From a virus (lineage: Duplodnaviria; Caudoviricetes): DNA of 62,584 nt. A program made the translations under genes and the position numbers. Under the pieces are notes generated by a model. The model was not told the origin of the DNA and did no database searches. It was given only the letters and a program-made list of their open reading frames with translations. The stretch is from the IMG/VR virus record IMGVR_UViG_3300013119_000806, positions 1 to 62,584 of that record, one strand, 5' to 3'. Positions 38,401-47,347 of the stretch are shown here, piece by piece; within the stretch, counting starts at the first letter, position 1; each line of letters starts with the position of its first letter.

Positions 38401-41400
38401 TGACGGCTCATTGTCCAGGTGGCCACTAGACTCTTATCAGTATTCGAGGTACGCTCGAAGATCACCGTGGGACGGAACAAGTACAGGATCATCATCATCG
38501 GACTTCAGTCCCTCTAATGTGTTGCTGCAAGTCGCTGCCGGATATATGCCAGCCGGCGAACTTATGTCCCTGCCTCCCGGATATTATACACCCACCCACA
38601 CTGAGAATCCGATTTCTAACGCTGACTTATATGAAGGCTCCGAGAAGCCATCGAATAATTACGCCATGGCAAAGTATCTCCACTCCACTGTCGTTGTTCC
38701 TGCTCCGTCATCACCCACGAATTATTACACTGTGGGTTCGCTCAATCTGTTAAATCATGTGGGCGATTCTCAAACACGTCCGACTTGGACAGCAGGCGAA
38801 CGCCGCCGCAAGATAGCGGGGTCGTCGAGGGGGGAGTTGATTGCGCAGAGAATGCCATTTTATGACACATATGAGGATTTCGTCAACGAGGTTAGGGTTG
38901 GTGGGCAATCTTATTCTGTCATCCCTGAATATAGGGCTAGCGAGAGCGTGCCCCACATGATAGCGAGCGACTCTGACTCGCTCATTACTAACACGTTGGC
39001 GCTCCACGGAGCGAAGACCGGCAAGGCTGATTCGAGTGAACTTGGGACCGCTGGTGATCGCACGGATCCGTCCTTTTTGGAGAGGTACGCTACGACCAAT
39101 CATTTTGAATCGTTAGAGTTGGTATTGGGTGATGCTACCTCTGGGTCCCCTACTGATTTCATGCTTTCAGTGGATACGACCCAGAAGCTACTACCTTATG
39201 ACGATTTCTATCCGGTAATGCGCACTTTGACCTTGGCTTCTCTCTTTTCGGGTTCATTCGGACCAACGGCGAGGTATTCTGGAGCACAAACAAATAACTA
39301 TTGGTTTGAGATGCCAGATCCCACCTATGAACGAACAGAGGTCGCAGAAGGAGACAAGTTGGCGTGGCAAATGACTCTGGCTCCTTATTTCGCTCCGGGA
39401 ATTCTTTTTAACTCGATCAAGGCAGGGATCGCAGTCGATTATCCCGTGAGAACGAACTTGATGCACGTCGACCATGATAACCAGTTTGACACATACCAGA
39501 AACACAACTACACTAAAGAGGGAGCAAGCGACTTTAATGATTATTATGTTAAAAGCGCACCTCTTCATGGGGTCCTTTCGGGGAGTATTTCGACAACGGG
39601 ACCCCTGCCTTTATATGATACCTCAACGGCAGATGCTGCTAGACTTTACTGGTCTGAGCGGCTTGCATTCGAGAAGATATTGGAACCACTAGAAGAAGAT
39701 GGCTATTCGCCATCTATTAAGTGCTCCAGCATTCACAGGATGACGAAGTATGATATGACTAGTTCTTTGGGTGAGGGCGTGCAAGATGCATATACAGAAT
39801 ACAAGATGGCGATAGGGAACTTTCTCGGAGGCACACCTGAGTTCTTTCTAGAGTCTTCAAGACTCTCGTCAATCAGGAGTAGCGTTGTGGATCCCGACAA
39901 GATAGCAGTGAGAAAGGGTGTTACCTATGCTATGGAGATAGTGTTGCGTCGCACGGATGAGTTTAATCAATATAGTAATCCTTATGCTTTTGGGCAACCG
40001 ACTTCGACAGGTTCTGCGGCATGGGAGGATTTAACTACTGACGGTGCTTTGCCACCCCAGATGAATTGGCCACTTCATCGTGCAGAGATTGCCCCCTTTA
40101 CTCCTCCATACTATTATGGTGATTCGATAGCGAGAATCACGTATACGCCAAAAGACAGCCTGTTTACGAGAGACCAAAACCCTGGTTTGACATCATTAAG
40201 TGAGATATTATCAGACATACAAGCAGTGGATATCACGGGTAGTGGCGTAACCTATCATAATTCTGGCGATGCCTATTATGACGTTGATCCAGAGGAGGCC
40301 GTCGCCCCGGCATATGGTTGGAATCGAGCCTGGATAAACAAGATGAACATCACTGCGAGCCTGATAATAGACAATGACTATTCATCAGTGATGGGGACCT
40401 CGACACCGGAGTTGAACCAATGGGTAATAATGCCAAAATGGGAGTGTCCCATCCTCGATTTCCCAAGAGAGTTTAAAGATGGCGTAGCGTCCCACCCTGG
40501 CAAATACGATTTCTCATCATCTATCGACGATGGTTACTATGGCACTGGCGACGCCCCCGAAAAGACATATGGAATGTGGCATCAATATGGTGTCGAACCA
40601 GCTTCGAACCAGGGAGTTCAGATGGTTGTTCGTCCTGTGCCATCAGATCCTGCTGAGCGAACAGAAACATATTTATCTACCTCGCAGGGCGGCAAGCATA
40701 TCAAGTATGAGATGGAGTTCTCCAATACATCGGAGGCATCGGCGTTAGTCGCATCTGACTGGGTCTCTGACAGGTTCAGTCGGCGATATGTCACTTTTGC
40801 CGAGACAGATGGCACTGATACATCTAGTCCAAACTCCAATATAACGAACAGTTACTATGTTTGGTACCAAGATACATCAGCGGGCTTAGGAGAGGATCCG
40901 TTGAGTTGGGATGTCGTCGGCACATCCACATCCGGATTTGACGTGTTCACAACATCAGATACTACTGGCATAGCACAATATGACTATGTATATCTAACTA
41001 ATGCGTTTGGGGCTGGGTCCCACATAGCTAGAGTCACAGCTGTTGTTACGAATACAAGTGTCACGGTTGATCTCAATTTCCAGATTAGTTTTACCGACGA
41101 CACGCTACGCATCATTAAGAGCGATGCATACCAGCCTGACGGCGCATCAAATCCTGTGCCATATTCATCCATTGGGATCGGAGTTGATCTTAGTGACCAC
41201 GAAACCAATGGCGAGGCTATCGTTGCTACTCATAAAGCGATAGGGGCAAAATTTGATGTTTTGGGTACTACTGATTTATCCTTGGTATCTGATTTGGGAT
41301 CTATTCCAAAGAAGATAGTAATTAATGGCTCTGCGCCTACACCAACTGACATTCTGGCACACGGCAGTACTGCTTCAATGCGCATCGGCGCTGGGGTCGG

Positions 41401-42628
41401 TAGTCTAGCAAACTATAATGCCTGGCCGGACTCCGCTGGCATACAGGACACTCAAACGTTTGCTGGGGTGTTCCCTGCTGGGCACTATTATGTAACCAAC
41501 GTAGGTCACACTTCCACAGCCATCCTCGAATCCACTCGAACAATCCTCTCCGCTCATGATAGCCTTGGTGACCTATCTGCTCTCCTTGGTTTCACTGGTT
41601 CCGAGGACGAGGGTGGAATAGCAAAAACCACCCTTGGTCGCCTAGCTTCCGAGAAGAAGGTTCATGAAGCCGTCATTGCCATTCCGTTCTATGCCGACAA
41701 GAGCGGCACAAATTACATCAGAATACCAGAGCCCACCAACGGCGAGGACGGACCAAGAACTAAAGAGTTGGCAGACAAGTTCCAAAAATACAGCCTCCCT
41801 CCGGCACTAAGAAAAGATTTAGAAGAACTCTTGAAGCCCGCCGAGCAAAGAGAAAAACAACCAGTATCTTGCTATCTCTTTGAATTCTCAACCACATTCT
41901 CTAAGCAGGACCTCGCAGACATCTGGCAAGGTATAATGCCAGAACAGTCCGTGCGGATGCAAGGTAAAGCCGGCGAAGTGACCGTTACAAGTGTAGACCA
42001 CGCTATGCCAGCACAAGACTTCAAGGATTTCGCAGACGCAAGAAGCCGAGTCGACGAAAGACTCAGGGATCTGCTCGATGTTACAAACCCCCAACTCTCT
42101 GGCTTCCAAGCAGACATCCAGTGGATGGTTTTCAAAGTCAAGCAAAAAGGTATCAGCACTCATAGTGACATGATCAAGAAGACCCTCGGTGATGCTGTTG
42201 TGGGTCCTCGCCTCGCGCTGACAACTATGACATCACAAACCCAACAGGTGGTGGGAGACTCGATTACAAGTACAGAACCAGAGCTATACTATAACTGGCC
42301 CTATGATTACTTCTCGCTCATTGAATCGGCAAAGATAGTAGGCAAGGTGAAGTTCCGCCCGAACGCCAAAGAGATACACCCCAATGTGATCAATTACGAC
42401 GACTTGGGCGGGCTCGCAGAGTTAGGAAACTTGGATGCAGTAACCACGGCGGACCTCTCTGCGCTCGCCTCAACCTTACAGGGTGGAATCTTACAGAGGG
42501 TCGCCGAAGCCCAGGCGGAAAATGTGGTAGTGTCTGTCCCGAGATTGTCCCCACAGGCATCCACTATCACTAGTCGCCTTGACCTAGGAAGCCTCTTCCC
42601 GGGCATCAGTCGCCTACCAGGCTTCTAA
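32408..42628 (+). CDS. giant baseplate/virion protein (3406 aa) with LamG domain
   Basis: LamG motifs TIEF, WHHYAF and IDEFRVW; YKSKGT..FRNLIRCYG (gp7/tail protein I-like); located in baseplate operon. Confidence 0.8.
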   Translation: MSIKKLFDARQNKKTGKLLTKTTAKAVGDEIESFEQVKSALKERNEFVPGLDYSDPANFVKFGSAERYYVDAMKYVIDFYPYDGTSKEKIDFRLSLNPLEKYIFDKKHPSSTGYVTLGSQNGTPVQYLTTEYYKQEDSVDSFIHIQGGPNASITTRPDGDPDYRDATANVFYDGSDYSRRANNLEFGGPNGATIEFFLKKDGIAATTREVIYDAYNGLASNVAGYGRFTIEMDADDFYITYRHTTDGVVFTGFERQELPAAAAVLSPLVTDNNWHHYAFVISESGADTLITLYRNGVLTLTETIATQQIPLVTGALEARIGAFVTTTQVGGDTVPAGYGVLVASIDEFRVWKDARTSEEIGRNWFTNLNGGTNTKTSNVGEAIADVNLGVYYKFNEGITGDDSLDALVMDYSGRISNGVWSGYVSGDRSTGSAIVDSGASTREAGDPIVRSSHPSYISAKDELESQGRHYDYSNNSSLYHSMPSWIIEEDETNDGDLQKLTQIMSSYFDTLYAQITTLSRVKDTTYTTGDNKPFPHTERLLQSMGFETPEIFSNANLISQFLQKDDKRLIEEKLHNIKNEIYKNIYNNLNYVYKSKGTSKAFRNLIRCYGVGDEIFKINAYVDNQSYKLEDTYAPTTSKSKYIDMSGMSRSDDRNAFVTQYFQGVAGDTHGLIIGDSTLDSFEFTLVGDLFFPEFPSPGDVNYVSYSNETSSMFGFHTPLDTATNSTTLTWAAAESDFGLQVVTERKLSEHPEISEPLASSRDARFVVKNRAGEVLLTTDILKNIYKNKRWVVSLSLRPARYPFAESLTGTAGQEYTLTLVGVNSLLGEEQDSFEVTLTSAAGTSFTIADAENILRSYKRIYAGADVTDYSTLGGVINPTDIRLGGLRYWNSYLPKSTITLHSRGTEIYGSEHPAENAYLYQTNSPAAYVPNVKTLALNWDFTQNNNAAADGTFSVSDFSSGSMPTGYEGSNQGTIFSNLNLRHHTGKGFGFASGASVAKKEYVYSGQQRLPEQVYPEDMIKVLDADDEIFTPHTRPTKFFFAVEKSMYDSISQKMLELFASIKEFNNLIGDPIHKYRQDYKSMEKMRDIFYANVGNDPDLDKYLDYYKWLDSSMGGMIEQLFPASARVADDIRVVVESHILERSKYHHKFPTLEPRPHDPETSFRGVGCGNKYSWKFNHAPLDTSVVPVTEGTDQSVNCGWWNSRWERTHANPAVQTAIRTLDDRISNLPYPYRNKGETIPFEATAPVCLTAGIENSYAGGVNQERNKVRNVTDIVIDNIEQPVPLCGDEPTPNKQRVVTFRSTKDGKSYAGDLLSPFSLYSSSVDTGYRAYLETQGFSDIDFTNIHEDSYHNTRYEVPMQGPFTSQHVGGLLYRNTVALDPTTTGRREAHVGTFAAGTASFVSITTQEGASSPAKGQYYRDNVSKSPANIKNIRTTSTNRILGNFTKNYEVVQTQDRSINNLDLRLNTSNYDVTGSLSTVIGGLVDYEIPQRKANFVANDTVIVERFAAPGGPSVNTPHHLDLTSLQFSPNNALPFRNLIVRTPLRDALTKAHSWGGFIDGVYPEVIDDPGTAVTLPDLNEAGYSTNITSIHKTPQNGLQRIKKSGASFVTASVNDNAFINHAVPQGDRYHWFMSLSGSDVAHVEYDLLTPGTYVAGYGANRTLHDEFINNNSTYPSRENRHGIALPVSEPVGAGLVGALSVIGTDYRSADAQDGAYTKTSIGNPTEFKYKWAADYHDRVGVWSPVSQLRVSETPLGRIPRQTNEITAYKASLNADGTETITTEVYREPVVISRHRPMKHLVVAYLGTAGRDAANRFGDVALEYSYGNIKQGFAYDEANNDFNFNPNSDPRPFDVISRVSREFNEGNESAYRVAGIKEIKEFTYEEVIYPKSEYAYLPETRTRISGSSAVAYWRDNGFEMTEAVYETKRTELSARFIDEASWSVSGNLAHFVNEVSQSVTNPEYTRLVEGKATSQGTVIPKKNQVARWALAAEVTGDGSLSRWPLDSYQYSRYARRSPWDGTSTGSSSSDFSPSNVLLQVAAGYMPAGELMSLPPGYYTPTHTENPISNADLYEGSEKPSNNYAMAKYLHSTVVVPAPSSPTNYYTVGSLNLLNHVGDSQTRPTWTAGERRRKIAGSSRGELIAQRMPFYDTYEDFVNEVRVGGQSYSVIPEYRASESVPHMIASDSDSLITNTLALHGAKTGKADSSELGTAGDRTDPSFLERYATTNHFESLELVLGDATSGSPTDFMLSVDTTQKLLPYDDFYPVMRTLTLASLFSGSFGPTARYSGAQTNNYWFEMPDPTYERTEVAEGDKLAWQMTLAPYFAPGILFNSIKAGIAVDYPVRTNLMHVDHDNQFDTYQKHNYTKEGASDFNDYYVKSAPLHGVLSGSISTTGPLPLYDTSTADAARLYWSERLAFEKILEPLEEDGYSPSIKCSSIHRMTKYDMTSSLGEGVQDAYTEYKMAIGNFLGGTPEFFLESSRLSSIRSSVVDPDKIAVRKGVTYAMEIVLRRTDEFNQYSNPYAFGQPTSTGSAAWEDLTTDGALPPQMNWPLHRAEIAPFTPPYYYGDSIARITYTPKDSLFTRDQNPGLTSLSEILSDIQAVDITGSGVTYHNSGDAYYDVDPEEAVAPAYGWNRAWINKMNITASLIIDNDYSSVMGTSTPELNQWVIMPKWECPILDFPREFKDGVASHPGKYDFSSSIDDGYYGTGDAPEKTYGMWHQYGVEPASNQGVQMVVRPVPSDPAERTETYLSTSQGGKHIKYEMEFSNTSEASALVASDWVSDRFSRRYVTFAETDGTDTSSPNSNITNSYYVWYQDTSAGLGEDPLSWDVVGTSTSGFDVFTTSDTTGIAQYDYVYLTNAFGAGSHIARVTAVVTNTSVTVDLNFQISFTDDTLRIIKSDAYQPDGASNPVPYSSIGIGVDLSDHETNGEAIVATHKAIGAKFDVLGTTDLSLVSDLGSIPKKIVINGSAPTPTDILAHGSTASMRIGAGVGSLANYNAWPDSAGIQDTQTFAGVFPAGHYYVTNVGHTSTAILESTRTILSAHDSLGDLSALLGFTGSEDEGGIAKTTLGRLASEKKVHEAVIAIPFYADKSGTNYIRIPEPTNGEDGPRTKELADKFQKYSLPPALRKDLEELLKPAEQREKQPVSCYLFEFSTTFSKQDLADIWQGIMPEQSVRMQGKAGEVTVTSVDHAMPAQDFKDFADARSRVDERLRDLLDVTNPQLSGFQADIQWMVFKVKQKGISTHSDMIKKTLGDAVVGPRLALTTMTSQTQQVVGDSITSTEPELYYNWPYDYFSLIESAKIVGKVKFRPNAKEIHPNVINYDDLGGLAELGNLDAVTTADLSALASTLQGGILQRVAEAQAENVVVSVPRLSPQASTITSRLDLGSLFPGISRLPGF

Positions 42629-42653
42629 ATACCACCAAGAGGCTATTTACAAT

Positions 42654-43715
42654 ATGGCAAACTTTTTCGATAAAAAACAAGATGTAATAGAACTCAAGAT
42701 GACCTCTTATGGTCAGTATCTCTACTCTCGTGGTGAGTTCTCTCCCGACTCCTACTCTTTTTATGACTCAGACATCACTTACGATGCCACATACATCAGC
42801 GAAAACACCGATGCCGAACAGAACGCCGCCCTAGATAGGATAAAGGGCTCTATCCGCACAAAGGTCTCTAATCGAGTCTCGGAAATTTCCACTTCAAAGA
42901 ACGCTTTTTGCGAAGGTTCTCGTTCTGTCTATGAGCGCAATTTCCTCACTAGTCCTCTCGGAACAAGCGACTTGAGGAGAGAGAAAGCACCATCTTGGAA
43001 CATAGAGGGGCTTCTCGGCACAGCGCACCTATCTTCCGACGCATCCTATAAAGCCTATGGGAACAAGAGCACACAGCGAACCCCAGTCATAGCATTTGAG
43101 CCACTAACGAGGTATTTGACGACAACGATACCCATCGACGATGAAGGTGGCACCACGACCGAGAAGGAAGTGGAAGAAGAGGGATACGTCGCCTTATCTG
43201 TCATAGAAAACAACACAAAACAGAAAATCAAGGGGAACTTCGAGATCGAGGTTTATAAGTCCTCATATGTTTTCCCCACCAATACTATCTCCACCACAGA
43301 GGGTAGCAGCCAATTCACGAGAGATGCCCTCGTAGCGGCGAAGTGGTTCGTGGGTGATAAGATACAATGCGCTGATTTCCCCCAAGACACCTTCATCGTC
43401 TCTATCGGGGCAGACACTCCATCCACCATAACTCTATCCCAGGTCGCCACCGCCACGAGCGCTTCAACGAACATAAAGGTGAGGTTCCAAACCGAACGCC
43501 TCCATTTCATGTCTCACGATTTGCCAACCTCATTGAGGTCGGGCATCACAGAGGCAGACATCGAAGCCGAAAACCCGGAACCAAAAGAAGATAATGTAGA
43601 GTACTGGCTAGATATTAGGGTTGATGATGAGATAGTAGAGCGAGACCTCGACGGAGGCATCTTGACACCCATCGGACCAAGGTCAGAAGACACTAATATA
43701 GGGGAATGCGACTAA
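42654..43715 (+). CDS. putative virion structural protein
   Basis: FFDKKQDVIELKMT.YG..L...F.P..Y.F.DSDI.YD N-terminus resembles that of 50163; CTATTTA upstream. Confidence 0.65.
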   Translation: MANFFDKKQDVIELKMTSYGQYLYSRGEFSPDSYSFYDSDITYDATYISENTDAEQNAALDRIKGSIRTKVSNRVSEISTSKNAFCEGSRSVYERNFLTSPLGTSDLRREKAPSWNIEGLLGTAHLSSDASYKAYGNKSTQRTPVIAFEPLTRYLTTTIPIDDEGGTTTEKEVEEEGYVALSVIENNTKQKIKGNFEIEVYKSSYVFPTNTISTTEGSSQFTRDALVAAKWFVGDKIQCADFPQDTFIVSIGADTPSTITLSQVATATSASTNIKVRFQTERLHFMSHDLPTSLRSGITEADIEAENPEPKEDNVEYWLDIRVDDEIVERDLDGGILTPIGPRSEDTNIGECD

Positions 43716-46700
43716 TGGCTTGTGAGAACTTCTCAGACCTTTTACCTGATGTATATTTCAGTCGCGTCGAGTTAGACAAGAGTAACACATCTGACGATCA
43801 TTTCGCCCAAGTGACCATAGGTTTCCAGGAGGTCGTGGATACGGAAGTTGAGCGAGCGTGGTTTGACAATCTGGACGGACAATTGGGCGAGTTCGAAGGT
43901 TTGAGCATCAGGGTGGTCCAATCGACGAGCAGAGAGGTGACCGAGGGGATACTTGCCTTTCTGGACGATCTTCGCCTCAATGACCTGGGACCAGAGGCAC
44001 CATCTTATGTATCTTTGACCCAGAGGACCATAAACTCTGCCGGGGTTTACGCCAGCATGATGACCCCTGCGGCTCCACAAGACGATCCTGATTCGTTTTT
44101 CCTTGATAAGGGACTACCACAGTTCTTGGTCGACGGTGCAGTGTCTAGTCGTATGACTGGCGCACAAATCACCAAGGGTTTCGAAACAAGGGTCGCTGGT
44201 TCGACCGACAAAACTGATCACCTCACATATTTCGCATTCACCTATATTGACTATGACTCTCTGCCCCTCGATCTCCGACCAACAGATTTCTCTTCGCTGA
44301 CATTGCGAGAATCATTCCCGATTGGCAATGTTTCTATGGTGAATCTGAAAGGGGAATACAACACAGTGCAGGGAGGATTAACCACTGGACCCGGAAGGGA
44401 TCTATTCACCGATCTGACTCCCATTCGCAATTTCAAGCAGTCCGCGCCAAGCATCGTAAGCACTCCTGAAATAGACATCTACGACGAAATAGGCACAAAC
44501 TTAGGATACGAGCGAGAGGCGATCAAGGGGCTCAAAGACCCAGTGTTCTCTGTGTTGTGGAATTCAAGGGATTTAAATGAGGACACTCGCCTCACTTTCG
44601 CCATAAACCAAGCAGTCCTCGCCAAACAAAACATCAAGATAGCGTTGTTTTCCAAGTCAGCCATTGCTGAGAAAGTTGCCTCTATGGGGTTGGGACGGAT
44701 AATAAAGACAGAGAGAATAGAACTACAAAGGAAAGAGATCACTGGTAAATCCCCAACTCTCTTGGTTGCTGGCGAAGCACCAGAGTATGAAACCATAGCA
44801 TCCCACCCATCAGCAGGTCTCCACTCAGACGCTCGCCTGGATGCCGCATACGAGCATGACTTTCGCTTCTACACAGCAACAGACCGTATGGCGAAAACAT
44901 CAAGAGCAGCAGCCCACAAATATCGAGTAGTTGTAACTCTAAAAGACAACTCCTTCGAGGTACTATCTCGCATGTATGAACTCACTGCCACTGCTCGAAG
45001 TGAATTCACGGCAACAAAAAGAAAATTAGAACTCTACGGAAACAAACCTTTGAGTACCCGAGCGACAAACACCCCCGACTACCGAGATGAGCTAACAACA
45101 GTCCTCGCCCCAGTAGTGGATATAATAGATATTATATCAGCGTGCAACGATGAAGAGTCACTTGAAGGACCAGTTGGAGCGTATATCAACAAGCTCCAAG
45201 TAACGCAAGGACCTTCTCTAAACCTCTCCATCCTAGAAGAGTTAGAAACCGTCATCATAGACACACAAGACATCCTCTTGAAGGCGTTAAAATCCATCAG
45301 TCCTAACTTCGCCCCACAGGGCAATATAAGTGTAACGGGTGCCCAACCAGGACAGAGACCCCGAAACCCAATCACCCAAGTCATCCATGACTTCGAAGTC
45401 CCCATCAAGAACAACGCAGGAAACAAAACGGGTCTAGAATACCTAAGCCTAACTGGTGTCCAAAATGGCGGCGCAGGCTTCCCTGGATACACAAAGGACA
45501 AATTCCAAACTCGGGCAACAAAAGAAATAGAGAAGTTTTATAAGGATATAACCCTACCCAACCAAGAGTCCAAATACACCTTCTTCACGCCAAGTATCAT
45601 CAGAGCCGAAGATGGCAACGGGGAGATGGAGATAATTCAGACGTCAACAAGAGGATCCACTGGGACATATGATTACAACAGGTACGCCGAGTTGTCTATG
45701 AAGTTATACACCAAAGCGTTGGGTTCGGCCTCCCCAGAGTCCTTCTATTCGAACCACGACCCGTCGAAACAAGAGCCGAGAGAACAGACACCGGCAACCT
45801 CGTTCCGACGTAGGCTGGAAGAGACTAGTTGCGTGGCGAGGACCTCGGTAGATGGAGCAACAAGATCGACTCCATCTCTTTCGTTTGATTTCTTTGGTAC
45901 TCCTGGCGAAGGCGAGAGCGATACTTCGGATAGTATCATTGGTGGTATGAGTTCTCCTAGGGTTACAAACTGGACACCAACGACAGCTCAAGACGATCCC
46001 GAGCCGACTCGTTTGTTGATGACGCTCTCGGGAGAAATGACGCAGGGCATCGAAGATGACGACCCGAGTAAGACCTCATACAACTCCTTCGCCATGGTTG
46101 ATGACAAGATGTATATGGGAAGCGACAGAGCGGGAGTTGAGCAGGAGAATCTTGAACGTGCCTATCGCGAACGGCGAGCCTTGGTGCTTGAGCGGTTTTA
46201 TGGAAATCCAGAGGCAGTTGAGTGGTCGCGGCGGGTGAGAGAATACCTCAGGGATATTTATGCCGCATTTGGAGAACCGAGTAACGAGCAGACCCGGGTC
46301 TGGTATGTTGAATTAAATCGCTTATCTAACGAGGTGGAAAATAATGGACAACTAAGTAGCTACATCGCCGCTCTACACTCCTACTGGGTAGAGTCTCTCT
46401 CATTTGAATATTGGGTCGGCGATGGAACACCTCCCACACAACACACTCCTGGGGTCTTACACTATAGAGGTATTGCTATGGCGGAAGAGGAAAGAGGACG
46501 CAACCGAGGTGAGGGTTTATATGTTGAGTCGGGGAGGTGGGAGTCCATCCTTCGTTTGGCTGCTGGTTATCCGTCACTGGTCCTGCCAGACGCAGAGGAC
46601 GCCGAAGTCGTCGACACTGCAAGTAGGTTATTCCGTCCCATCTCGCTCCAAGCCCTCACTGACATGTCTTTCTATGTTGGAGATGGAAGCACAGACCCCT

Positions 46701-47347
46701 CCAAAATAAAGCAACCCACATACCAAGACAAGCCGTTCGAAGTTTCTGACCTAACTCGTGAAATGCAAGCAATTGACCTCAATGGCGGACACAAAAAAGT
46801 ATATGACCTGATGAAAGACTACTCAAAGTTCGCCGCCTTCTGGTTCAATTTCAAATCAATAATGAAAGTGGAACAACTGACAAGTTTCAGGGAAGGGAAC
46901 ATCAAAGACCCAATATGGGAGAGGTATGTCGGAAGGGAAGATAGCCACAAACCAGACGGCTTATGTCGCCTAGCCTCTTATGACAATAGTCAATATGGAG
47001 TTATGACGAGAAGCGTGGTGTCTATACCAACTTATAACGAATATTTCCTCATTATAGAGAACTTAACAGGTCTGGCTGAGTCTGACCTCACTTTGGGGCA
47101 AGGCGGACTCCAATCTTCGGTCCCCCGAGGCGCAGATTTAGCTGCGGCGGGCGGTTTACTGCCTGAGGTCGCTAGCGTTGAGATGAATGTGTCCGAACCA
47201 CAAATGACCCCGACAGGGTTTGCGCCTCCTTTTATGCAAGTATCTCCCACCAACCTATTTAATGTCGGGCAACAAGAAGTAAATATGATAAACAGACCAC
47301 CACCAGCGGCAGTAGGTCCCATCGGCGGAAGGTTTGGGAGTAGTTAA
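43715..47347 (+). CDS. large hypothetical virion protein
   Basis: About 1210-aa ORF, TAATG-coupled to the previous gene. Confidence 0.7.
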   Translation: MACENFSDLLPDVYFSRVELDKSNTSDDHFAQVTIGFQEVVDTEVERAWFDNLDGQLGEFEGLSIRVVQSTSREVTEGILAFLDDLRLNDLGPEAPSYVSLTQRTINSAGVYASMMTPAAPQDDPDSFFLDKGLPQFLVDGAVSSRMTGAQITKGFETRVAGSTDKTDHLTYFAFTYIDYDSLPLDLRPTDFSSLTLRESFPIGNVSMVNLKGEYNTVQGGLTTGPGRDLFTDLTPIRNFKQSAPSIVSTPEIDIYDEIGTNLGYEREAIKGLKDPVFSVLWNSRDLNEDTRLTFAINQAVLAKQNIKIALFSKSAIAEKVASMGLGRIIKTERIELQRKEITGKSPTLLVAGEAPEYETIASHPSAGLHSDARLDAAYEHDFRFYTATDRMAKTSRAAAHKYRVVVTLKDNSFEVLSRMYELTATARSEFTATKRKLELYGNKPLSTRATNTPDYRDELTTVLAPVVDIIDIISACNDEESLEGPVGAYINKLQVTQGPSLNLSILEELETVIIDTQDILLKALKSISPNFAPQGNISVTGAQPGQRPRNPITQVIHDFEVPIKNNAGNKTGLEYLSLTGVQNGGAGFPGYTKDKFQTRATKEIEKFYKDITLPNQESKYTFFTPSIIRAEDGNGEMEIIQTSTRGSTGTYDYNRYAELSMKLYTKALGSASPESFYSNHDPSKQEPREQTPATSFRRRLEETSCVARTSVDGATRSTPSLSFDFFGTPGEGESDTSDSIIGGMSSPRVTNWTPTTAQDDPEPTRLLMTLSGEMTQGIEDDDPSKTSYNSFAMVDDKMYMGSDRAGVEQENLERAYRERRALVLERFYGNPEAVEWSRRVREYLRDIYAAFGEPSNEQTRVWYVELNRLSNEVENNGQLSSYIAALHSYWVESLSFEYWVGDGTPPTQHTPGVLHYRGIAMAEEERGRNRGEGLYVESGRWESILRLAAGYPSLVLPDAEDAEVVDTASRLFRPISLQALTDMSFYVGDGSTDPSKIKQPTYQDKPFEVSDLTREMQAIDLNGGHKKVYDLMKDYSKFAAFWFNFKSIMKVEQLTSFREGNIKDPIWERYVGREDSHKPDGLCRLASYDNSQYGVMTRSVVSIPTYNEYFLIIENLTGLAESDLTLGQGGLQSSVPRGADLAAAGGLLPEVASVEMNVSEPQMTPTGFAPPFMQVSPTNLFNVGQQEVNMINRPPPAAVGPIGGRFGSS